Assembly: GCA_002269645.1 (NCBI GenBank)
Contig: NIVC01002435.1
Coordinates: forward strand, 86,492-150,491
Reading direction: 5' to 3'
Origin: Macrostomum lignano
Taxonomy: Eukaryota
DNA: 64,000 nucleotides
The position numbers and the translations under genes were made by a program. The notes beneath the pieces were generated by a model. That model was given only the letters and a program-made list of their open reading frames with translations. It ran no database searches and was not told the DNA's origin. Each line of letters starts with the position of its first letter. Positions within the stretch are counted from its first letter, which is position 1. Shown piece after piece: positions 22,480 through 32,629 of the stretch.

Positions 22480-24696
22480 CAGGAATCTACAAAATGTGAC
22501 AGCAACTACTATATTTCCGTAGTCGTAGCCATAAGAGCAGCTAGCTACCATAGGCATATCCGTAGCTGCCATAGGCACCTATTTTACCATATTTGCCATA
22601 GGATCCCATAGCCGTAGCTACGGCTATGGCAGAACACTACTGGACTAGACACCCTACTATTATATTTTATCCATAACTTTTTTATTTTGTTTATTTTAAT
22701 AAATGTTAAAAACTGATATAAAGAAAAGACTTGCTACTACAAAATTGTGCAGTCACATTATTTTGACCATCAGAATGAGATATTGGAATAATAGGAACAA
22801 AAATAAAAATAAATTATAAAATATACTAAAATAATGACATGGAGATGAACCATTCAGAACCAAACTTCCATAAACAAAGTCTGAATTATATAAGTTTGTC
22901 ATAAGCTAAAGCTTAAACCTTTAAGAAATGGAACCACAATAAGCATTCAGAAGATGGCCTATGCATCCGGCATCCAAAAAATTTCCCCTATGCCGAGTAT
23001 GACAATGCAGATGCAGCATGGCTTGACTAGCTATAGTGACATATACAGAAGGATATAGCTGTGTTGTATGAGAAACAACAGCAATAATAGGTGGGTTTCT
23101 CGACAGATATTTAGACGAACAGACATTAAAAAATTGTCAGTAAATTTGACAAAACTTAGGATTCACCTGTGCTGTGGGCTGTGCTGATACCAGTGACAGG
23201 CAATAAATAGAATCTATTGCGATTTAGAAATTACTCATACAAGCCAGAGAGAGTTTTCGTAAGAGTCTTTTTAATTATTATATTATGTTTTATTATAAGT
23301 ACATAATTACTAAAAATCTTCTTCTACTCCTAAACATTGCTGAAATCAAGAATATGTTAAATCAATTTGTTTAAAATTGATTTGAACAAATGCCATTGGC
23401 CCCGTTGAAAAAAAAGTTTATCCCACTCGCCCCATAAGCGGAGATAATTTTATTCTTAAAATATCTGTCTTCGCGATGCAATTAATTGACTAAGAACCGA
23501 ATAAATGCTAATCTTTTGGTGTAACTTACCCGCTTTTGTGACGAACTCTCAAGAAATCAAACATTTTTCCGTAGTGTGGATTTTTCTGAATCAATTTTAT
23601 CTATGGTTGATATCTAAACCCCCTTCATGCTATGCGTTTATTGAGCATACTAAATGTACTGTTCTAATGGTACAATTCCAGGAAAATTGATTGTAGTATT
23701 CGATTCCAGTTGTCCATGACAATTGTCAATTGACAATCCGAACTTATAAAAATTTGCGAGAACTATTAATTTTACGTAAGCCTGCGACATAATCGAAAAA
23801 GTTCTAAAGGGTTTGTAAAAAATTCTGAGCCCGTAGTCATCAGAAAATTTGGGTCCTCAAAATTTAAATCACAAATTATTGCCTATTGCAGGAGTCTGCA
23901 CCAAAGACAACAATTAAAAACTGCTTAGTTGCATGGTCCCAAATTTACGTGTAACTGCATTGTAAAAAAGGAAAAAAACTGTAGACTTCAGATCGGCCCT
24001 CGTGTCTCTATCGCAGCCGAAGTATTACAAGTTTGAGTTTCCTCCCAATGTCTCGCCTGTGCAGGTTAGAATGGTCTCAGACGACATGCTGTGCATGCGG
24101 GTGTCTGTACAGGAAACGACACTTAGATAAAAATTTAAGCCTTTCTTTTAGTCGTCTCGATTTAAAAACTTCAATGGTATTTGCCATACCTACTTAATTA
24201 GAACTATAATTCTAAAGGTGTCATGATATATTGCAGATTATTACTTAAATCAAAACATTGCTTCCACAATGTTCGAAAAGCCTTCATTAATTTGCAAGTC
24301 ACTTTCTCCAGCACACAGCTTCAACAAATTCGTATGAAATTTGTGTGAAAATGAAAATGAAAAAGAGTATGAAATTTCAAACTTGTGAAATTTCGACCTA
24401 TGAAATATTGTAAAGTTAATATACATTAAGTTAAAGGAAATTAATGTACTTGCTTCAATCGCTGATAAATGCAATCTATTAACAAGCCCTAATACTCCCG
24501 AATACTCGTACAGTAGGATATGTAGCTTCTCATCTGATTGGTTGGGATTTGATATCTGGCGTTGAACAAATCGCTGGCGATTTACAAATAAGTGAAATAA
24601 GCTGAAATGAAGCGTGCTGCTAGGGTATCCTTCTAGTCAGTTGTTTGTATCTTCATTGCTAGAAAGCTCTCAGAATCATTGTTTTATCAAAGCGAG

Positions 24697-25584
24697 ATGA
24701 AGAAGGCTGGAAAGTCCACCATCTCCGCCAGCGACTGCAGCTCGGCAAAGGAGCAGCAGGCGGAGCAGCAGGCGGAGCAGCAGGCGGAGCAGCAGGCGGA
24801 GCAGCAGGCGGAGCAGCAGGCGGAGCAGATTTTAGCCGCGGCCGACGCTCTGCTGGAAGTCAACCGGTGCCTGACGTCGCACCAGTCGGCGCTGCAGTCG
24901 CTCAGCAGCCGTGTGGCGGGCATCGAGGAGGCGACTCACAGATTTGAGCTGCAGGCGGCGCTGCCGTCTTTCGTTTGGTGCATCGACAATTTCGGGCGCA
25001 GCTTCAGTCAGGCCAGGGCCGGGCAGCAGGAGAGGCTGGTCAGCGAGCCCTTCCGCCTGGCCCCGTACAGCTACGTGATGCGGATGTCCGCCTGCCTGTT
25101 CGGGGAATCCGCAGGTGCGACAGAAGCTGATTATCTGCTGGGTTGATGTGACTTTTTGATTGGTAGATTGATTGATTGGTTGATTTAATTATTTATTTAT
25201 TTATTGGTTCATTGATTTACAACCCCCTCCCCTCGATCCGCAGTCCGCGGCCGCTGCCTCTCCGTGTTTGTCTGCTTCCTGCCCGGCGAGTTCGACAGCC
25301 TGCTGGAGTGGCCCTTCAACAAGCGGCTGTACATCACCGCCCTGGACCTGAGCGGTGCCGGCCGCCACCACAGCCGGGTGCTGATCCCGGGCCGGTTGGA
25401 GGGCAACTTCAACCGGTCCTACCTGCGGCGGCCCGCCGGCGGCCAGAGCCCCTGGTTTGGCGTGCGCAACTTCATGGAGCTGAGCCGGCTGGAGAACGGC
25501 GGCCAGTTCGTGCGCGGCAACCGCCTGCACCTGCGGCTGGAGGTGCCGCTGGACGAGCCGCTGGTTGCCACGGGGACTGAATGA
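24697..25584 (+). CDS. TRAF-family protein (coiled coil + MATH/TRAF-C domain), about 252 aa; exons 24697-25114 and 25244-25584; upstream exons possible
   Basis: FVWCIDNF...SEPFRLAPYSYVMRMSACLFG; LSVFVCFLPGEFDSLLEWPFNKRLYITALD; WFGVRNF...FVRGNRLHLRLEV match the TRAF-C domain; phase-1 GT-AG intron. Confidence 0.88.
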
Positions 25585-25777
25585 AAGAGAATTGATCCGC
25601 CTGACCCGGCGCAGTGACATTTGATTCACAGTTTAAAAAGCACCTGTCTGATATCTGTTTCAAACTTTCTCTGCCGACTATCTGTAGCTTAAGCCTCTGT
25701 CTTATTAACTAAGCTGACTGCTGCGAAATACAAGCTTGCAAAGGGAAGCTTGCAACTTCCGCCTTGTGTTTCTCTCA

Positions 25778-25980
25778 CAGCTCAGAGCTGCTGCCCAATC
25801 ACAGCAGGGTGAACTGCAGCTCAGAGCTGCTGCCCAATCACAGCAGAGTGGACTGCAGCTCAGAGCTGCTGCCCAATCACAGCAGGGTGAACTGCAGCTC
25901 AGAGCTGCTGCCCAATCACAGCAGGGTGAACTGCAGCTCAGAGCTGCTCCCCAATCACAGCAGAGTGAACTGCAGCTCAG
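25778..25980. repeat. 39-bp minisatellite GCTCAGAGCTGCTGCCCAATCACAGCAGGGTGAACTGCA, 5 copies (locus 1)
   Basis: Tandem copies; the same unit recurs at 31306-32203. Confidence 0.95.
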
Positions 25981-26994
25981 CTTCAATTGCCACTCGCTCA
26001 CATGTTGATGCAAAATGGCCGGTTCAGCTGCGTTCTAACGGCAAACAAGAATTTATCGATTGAAAGTTCCCACTTGACTCCCGCATGAAAGTCCCATACG
26101 GCATTGACAGTCAGATTAAATATATTTACACCAGTTTCGTATAGGCAAACGATTGCTAGAAAACTCGGGTCTAAAAAGTTCGAATTACTTGACCGTGTTA
26201 GATCGAAGCGGCGCACAACAGGGGCTCGAAAATTCGAGGCCCGCGGGCGCATGGGGGCCAAACACAGAGACACAGGAGAGAGAGTCAACAGTCAGGAGTC
26301 CCTGTGCCGTCTGCATCGCATCGGAGGACCCTGCAGAAGGCGCAATGTCAACACCTAACGAGCAAACTTCTCCGCCTATGTGAGTCTCAAGCACTCGACT
26401 CAGGCGCTGAGAGCCGTTTAATGTTTGTCATGGCTGTCATGGATCTGGCGGCAGAGCGCTGCACTTTAGACCGCTTGGTCACTTGGTCACGACTTGCCAG
26501 TCCTATAAGTATGATTATGTTCGTTTTGAGAGCCTTTTTAAAATGGATTCTACATGATTTTTGTAATAAAATAAATGTACTTTTACGCTCTATGCGGTAA
26601 GCTTCAAGGTAAAAAATAAACTGACCAATCAATTTTCCAGCAGCAGGGTGAATAAGTCGGGAACACAATGCCTTCTTTGTTGCTGACTCCTCACCAATCA
26701 ATGCTCAGCCGATCAGCCTTGAGTACTTTGGTATCGCAGGGATAGAGAAATCTTTTTTAATAAGCAGTCGGATCCAAACTTCTATAGGAATAAATTGAAT
26801 TTGAATTTGAAAAGCTAAAAATCTTTGGATTTACGATCCCCCTACTCGCCTGTGCTCAAAGCAGCCAGTGACAGGCCGGGGGGGGGGAGGCCGGGGGCCG
26901 CTGAGCACAAGTGGGCCGGTCGCATCTCCAATGAAAAAGTGAAACCGAGGCGAAAGAAAAGCGGGAGAGGCGGCTGAGAGCGGGCCATGCAGGC

Positions 26995-28775
26995 ATGCCG
27001 GCAGGCGGCAGGCAGCACCCGTGGCGCAGTTGGCGCATCGCTGAAAATCAAAACGCCTGCGCTGACGAGCAACTGCGCAGGCGGATGCGCGCGTTTGAGG
27101 CGGCGCATCGGCGCGAGGTGGCGCGCATCGCGGCCGAGTGCCGCCAAGCGAGGGGCGGCGACGGCGACAGCAAAGGCGGCGGCCCCGCCTTCCCCTACCT
27201 GGAGAAGCGGAACGCGATCGCGGTGCGGTCGGCGGCGAGGCCGGAGGGCCCGGGCAGCAGAACGCTGCAGCTGGCGCGGTCGGCGCTGGCCCGCCTGCGG
27301 CTCGAATCCGGCGCCGTGACGGCGGCGCGGACACGCGACGGCGAGAGCGCGCGTGAGCGCCGGGGACTTGATTGGGGGATGTGGCTGCAAGGGTTGTGCA
27401 GTGCTACATGTACTCCGGCTGGGTGTACAGAACTCCTTGATGCTGCAGTCTCAGTGATGAGAAACTGCAATGCCAGAATACTAAACACAACAAATCCAAT
27501 GCGATGTTTGGGCCTTTGGTCACTGCTGACTGGGTGTACAGCGGCCCAGACACTTGAATCGTCAGGCATGTACACGGGGACCCGGGGACTTTGGCTCGAG
27601 AATGTGCCCTCATATAGATCAGGTGTCGGCAATTATTATTACCTCAAGAGCCAGATAAAGAATTCAGATAATTGCTGCATGAGGGCCGGGTGAGGGAGGA
27701 AAGGAGTGGGAATAGAGGAAAGAGAAGAGAAGAGATTAGAGGTGAGAGGCGAGATAGGAGATGGGATGAGAGCGAAGAGTCGAGAGAAGAGAGGAGATGA
27801 GAGAGAAGAGAGGAGATGAGAGAGAAGAGAGGAGATGAGAGAGAAGAGAGGAGATGAGAGAGAAGAGAGGAGATGAGAGAGAAGAGAGGAGATGAGAGAG
27901 AAGAGAGGAGATGAGAGAGAAGAGAGGAGATGAGAGAGAAGAGAGGATATGAGAGAGAAAAGAGGAGATGAGAGAGAAGAGAGGAGATGAGAGAGAAGAG
28001 AGGAGATGAGAGAGAAGAGAGGAGATGAGAGAGAAGAGAGGAGATGAGAGAGAAGAGAGGAGATGAGAGAGAAGAGAGGATATGAGAGAGAAGAGAGGAG
28101 ATGAGAGAGAAGAGAGGATATGAGAGAGAAGAGAGGATATGAGAGAGAAAAGAGGAGATGAGAGAGAAAAGAGGAGATGAGAGAGAAAAGAGGAGATGAG
28201 AGAGAAGAGAGATGAGAGAAAATAGAGAATAGGGAAGAGAGAAGAGAACTGAGAGAAGAGCTGAGAAGGGACAAAACCTTAGGCGGGCCGGATTGTGGAG
28301 TTCAAAGGACCCGAAGGCCGGATAGAGAGACTTCGTGGGCCACATGTGGCCGGATTTTGCCGCCGATCCCTGGAACGCTCGAAGACACCTACAATCCAGT
28401 CGTGCTGGATGATCATTTTGATCTTATTCTGAAGCCACTGATGAAATCCCCCGGTTTCTGCTTTCAGCGGTCAGCATCGAGGTACGGCAGGGGCGGCCGC
28501 CGCCGCTAGCGCCGATCCTGCCGGCGCCCCTGCGTCTGCAGCTGCTGCCGGAGGGCCGGGCGGCGGAGCTCCTCGCCGACGCGGAGCGGCGCCGCCTTCG
28601 CCGCCTCGAAGCAGCCCGCGCCAGCGCCCGCAGCCTGGACGGCCAGGTCTCCGACTTCGGCCTGCTGCCGCCGATCGCGCCGGCCCGCTGTCACCATGGC
28701 AACCAGGAAAGCAAGGACTCAAAGATAGCGGCTTTGTCAGACGAACAGGCGCGGTTTTCAGCAATAAAATCTTAG
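26995..28775 (+). CDS. Uncharacterised ~221-aa protein with a predicted N-terminal coiled coil; exons 26995-27352 and 28468-28775
   Basis: GC3-rich exon-like codon usage. The phase-1 donor C|GTGAGC at 27353 and phase-1 acceptor TTCTGCTTTCAG at 28467 join in frame. Exon 2 (VSIEVRQ...LRRLEAARASARSLDGQVSDFGLLPPI...) has no ATG, so it is absent from the ORF track. Confidence 0.6.
27740..28260. repeat. 20-bp polypurine repeat AGAGAGGAGATGAGAGAGA(A)
   Basis: Direct tandem copies; purine-only strand apart from single Ts. Confidence 0.95.
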
Positions 28776-29804
28776 CGGCCTTAGCGGCAAAAATAGCCAT
28801 ATTTGATTCATTTATTCTGCCCTGACTGGATTTCTCATTGCGCGACTCAAGCGCGCAGGCCGCAGAGGGCAGCCGTGACAATATAATAGAGAAAGCACAG
28901 GTGAGAGTTTTATTAACAGGCCAACAGTAATGCAGTTCTTAATGACCCGACTAAAGCCAGCTGCAGTGCTGAGCAATAAATTCCATATAATTAATTGATT
29001 GCTGAGCTACCAAACTACATGTATCTGGCTGCGATGGCCCACAGCATGCGCTGCCGGCTGTTCCAGTCAACCCAGCAGCCAAGAATTTTTTTGCTGCCCC
29101 CCCCGAAAAGAGCCCGAAAGCAGACCAGAGGCTTCTTTAACCCGCTTTCTGTTGCTTGAAGCCAACAATAGCGAGCGGAGAAGCCGAGAGCTCAGGAAAC
29201 ACAGGCGGCATTCACTGCCTGCCGTAGCGACTGAGCACGGCTTTATCCGGAATCCGCATTGAGCAGCCGGGACAAAGCATGCGGGTTGAAATTATCCGCG
29301 AAAAAAGTGAAACAAAAGGAGACACAAAACGCCATGGCAACAGGCGATAGATGAAGGCCCAACTAACAATAAAATTTGCTAATTGAAAATTTAAACAAAT
29401 TTTTGCTTCCAGCTTTAATCTTTTAAAAATCAGAATTCCGTTTAGTAGCTGAGCCAAGAATTAAAACAAAAGAACTGTACATGCAAGCTAACAAATCAAT
29501 AGATACATTTTGTCTGCACATGTAATGGAATAATTTTTACTATTCGGCTGTAAAATATGAGCCAACTAAAGTCATTTATTCTTACAACAAAACAACTCGT
29601 AGAAAATATTCTTGAAGAAAATGTTTTTTTTGGACGGAACTAACTGGCAATTCCTGATAAATTAAGGATGATTTTCAAAGCATAAAGGATTTAATAAGTT
29701 AAGAGGTAAAATGAAAAGCTGAATTGGTATTGGGAACGAATTTTGTGAAAGTGGCTGGCAACTGTTGCAGCAGAAATTAACACAAAGTAATTCAGGCAGG
29801 CAAG

Positions 29805-30395
29805 CGATCGATATTTCGGGGTGGGGGTACAGAGGCAAAAAATTCAAGCGATTAATATTTTGGGGTAGGGGTAGAGAGTCAGAGAACCCAAGCAATCGAT
29901 ATTTTGGGGTGGGGGTAGAGAGGCAGAGAATCCAAGCGATCGATATTTTGGGGTGAGAGTAGAGAGGCAGATAGTCCAAGCAATCGATATTTTGGGGTAG
30001 GGGTAGAGAGGCAGAGAATCCAAGCAATCGATATTTTGGGGTAGGGGTAGAGAGGCATAGAATCCAAGCGATCGATATTTTGGGGTGGGGTACAGAGGCG
30101 GAGAATCCAAGCGATCGATATTTTGGGGTGGGAAGAGAGGCGGAGAATCCAAGCGATCGATATTTTGGGGTGGGGGTAGAGAGGCAGATAGTCCAAGCAA
30201 TCGATATTTTGGGGTAGGGGTAGAGAGTCAGAGAACCCAAGCAATCGATATTTTGGGGTAGGGGTAGAGAGTCAGAGAACCCAAGCAATCGATATTTTGG
30301 GGTGGGGATACAGAGGCGGAGAATCCAAGCGATCGATATTTTGGGTGGGGTAGAGAGGCAGATAATCCAAGCGATCGATATTTTGGGGTGGGGTA
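29805..30395. repeat. ~41-44-bp minisatellite AAGCGATCGATATTTTGGGGT...AGAGAGGCAGAGAATCC
   Basis: Direct degenerate tandem copies. Confidence 0.92.
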
Positions 30396-30496
30396 ACGGG
30401 GCAGGCGATCATCACATTACGCAAAGCAATTCAGTAAAAGCATTCAGAGGACTTAGAGAATTGTCAATCCGCCTGCACAAATGTCCTCCGGCGGTG

Positions 30497-32563
30497 TCAG
30501 GCGGCAAAGTGCAGCAGACTGACGTCGTAAGCATCGCCAGATTCATAGGCAGCCGACGCCGGCGCCGCCGAGGACAGCAGGCGATGCCGCAGGTAGGCCG
30601 TCGAGGCCGCAAACTCGGCGAGGCGTCGCGACATGCCGGGAAGTCGGGCGAGGCCGCCGCCACCGCCGCCACCGCCGGCTCCGACGTCGTCCTCGGCGCA
30701 GCGGACTCGGGCCAGCGGGTCGGCTGGAGCGGCGAAGGCGGAGCCGCTCGGGCCCCCAGCGTGGCGACGAACAATCTGCAGCGCCTCGATGCCGAACTCG
30801 CGCCACACCGGCGAGGGCTGCATGAGGACGAGGCGGACGGCCGCCACGCCGGTCACGGGCGCCTGCCAGTCTGGCTGGCCGAAGCGGAACTGCGCCAGGC
30901 CGCCCAGCTCGCTGTGCGGGTCCGGCATGAGGCGCCGCCTGTGCAGGCAGGTGCGCCACTCACCCGGCGAGGCCGCCGCCGCCGCCGCCGCCGCTGACCG
31001 TCGGCCGCCGGACGACGCGGATGGCGGAGGCGGCGGATGCTGCGGCTGCTGGGCGTAGCGGACCCGGATGCTGATGAAGCCGGTGTGGCAGTTGCGGAAC
31101 CGGATCTCGTCGATGTCGACCCGGCCGACGCCGATGAAAGTCACCTCCTTGATGATGCAGCCTGCGGGCGATCGGCGAGATTCTAAATGTACTTTTACTC
31201 AGTTTTCCGGTTTAGATTGACAGTGAAGTTTTGACCCAGCAAGCGCAAGTTCAGCGAGACTACTGCATGGATGATATGAAATTTCAAGCCTATGAAATTC
31301 CCCTGCCCAGAGCTGCTGCCCAATCACAGCAGGGTGACTGCAGCTCAGAGCGTCTGCCCAATCACAGCAGTGTGAACTGCAGCTCAGAGCTGCTGCCCAA
31401 TCACAGCAGGGTGAACTGCAGCTCAGAGCGTCTGCCCAATCACAGCAGGGTGAACTGCAGCCCAGAGCTGCTGCCCAATCACAGCAGTGTGAACTACAGC
31501 TCAGAGCTGCTGCCCAATCACAGCAGGGTGACTGCAGCTCAGAGCTGCTGCCCAATCACAGCAGGGTGACTGCAGCTCAGAGCTGCTGCCCAATCACAGC
31601 AGGGTGACTGCATCTCAGAGCTGCTGCCTAATCACAGCAGGGTGAACTGCAGCTCAGAGCTGCTGCCCAATCACAGCAGGGTGACTGCAGCTCAGAGCTG
31701 CTGCCCAATCACAGCAGGGTGAACTGCAGCTCAGAGCTGCTGCCCAATCACAGCAGGGTGACTGCATCTCAGAGCTGCTGCCTAATCACAGCAGGGTGAA
31801 CTGCAGCTCAGAGCTGCTGCCCAATCACAGCAGGGTGAACTGCAGCTCAGAGCTGCTGCCCAATCACAGCAGGGTGAACTGCAGCTCAGAGCTGCTGCCC
31901 AATCACAGCAGGGTGAACTGCATCTCAGAGCTGCTGCCTAATCACAGCAGGGTGAACTGCAGCTCAGAGCTGCTGCCCAATCACAGCAGGGTGAACTGCA
32001 GCTCAGAGCTGCTGCCCAATCACAGCAGGGTGAACTGCAGCTCAGAGCTGCTGCCTAATCACAGCAGGGTGAACTGCAGCTCAGAGCTGCTGCCCAATCA
32101 CAGCAGGGTGAACTGCAGCTCAGAGCTGCTGCCCAATCACAGCAGGGTGAACTGCAGCTCAGAGCTGCTGCCTAATCACAGCAGGGTGAACTGCAGCTCA
32201 GCTTCATTCGCCAGCCGCTCACTGTGGCTTCATTGAGAGAGGTGACGCTACCAGCCTCATTCACCAGCTGTGTATGCTAACCGTGGCCAACTTCGTTTAA
32301 CCTGTAGCTCTAGCACCGCGCTTGTCCTCGACAATTTTTGTTCACCAGCCCATTAATTTGGAATCGAACCAAGGGACTCTGGCGAGAGAGTCGGACGCGC
32401 TCATCGCTAAGCCGCTCTCTGCCCCTTGGACAGCCGGTCAGGCAGTCAAATTAGTCTGCATCAGAAATGTCTGCATCAATCGATGCTCACCTGATGCGGT
32501 CTGCTTGACTCCCTCCAGCTGGCAGGGGTGCGGCGGACCCACGTTCAAGGGGACGATCTCGGC
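30497..32563 (-). CDS. NICN1: Nicolin-1 (tubulin polyglutamylase complex subunit); exons 32563-32491 and 31161-30497; start exon not located
   Basis: EIRFRNCHTGFISIRVR...WRTCL...LMPDPHSE...VRLVLMQPSPVWREFGIEALQI matches the recalled human NICN1 EITFKNYYTAFLSIRVR...WVTCL...LMPDPHSE...LRLILRQPSPLWLSFTVEELQI. The phase-1 GT-AG intron joins in frame. Confidence 0.9.
31306..32203. repeat. 39-bp minisatellite (same unit as 25778-25980), about 23 copies, in a NICN1 intron
   Basis: Direct tandem copies. Confidence 0.96.
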
Positions 32564-32629
32564 CTGCAATTCAATTTAAAATCCGTTTCTTACACTTTAT
32601 GTCATATTCTGCCCTAGTCTGCCCTCTTC

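Larger units (their letters stand above)
21712..22639. mobile_element. hAT-like non-autonomous DNA transposon (MITE) containing a nested MITE
   Basis: 15-bp TIR TAGTGTTCT(A/G)CCATA (1 mismatch); flanks CTGGACAC / CTGGACTA (6/8, degenerate 8-bp TSD); subterminal CCGTAG/CCATAG repeats. Confidence 0.65.

Noticed and set aside
27385-27620. Frame with in-frame TGA codons next to Cys (YSGWVYRTP*CC) suggesting a selenoprotein
   Set aside because: It lies in a predicted intron, no SECIS was seen and I recognise no homology.
26219-28350. hAT-MITE-like GGCCCGCGGG / GGGCCGGAT motifs at ~26235 and ~28285 bracketing an exon
   Set aside because: No matching TIR pair or TSD was found.
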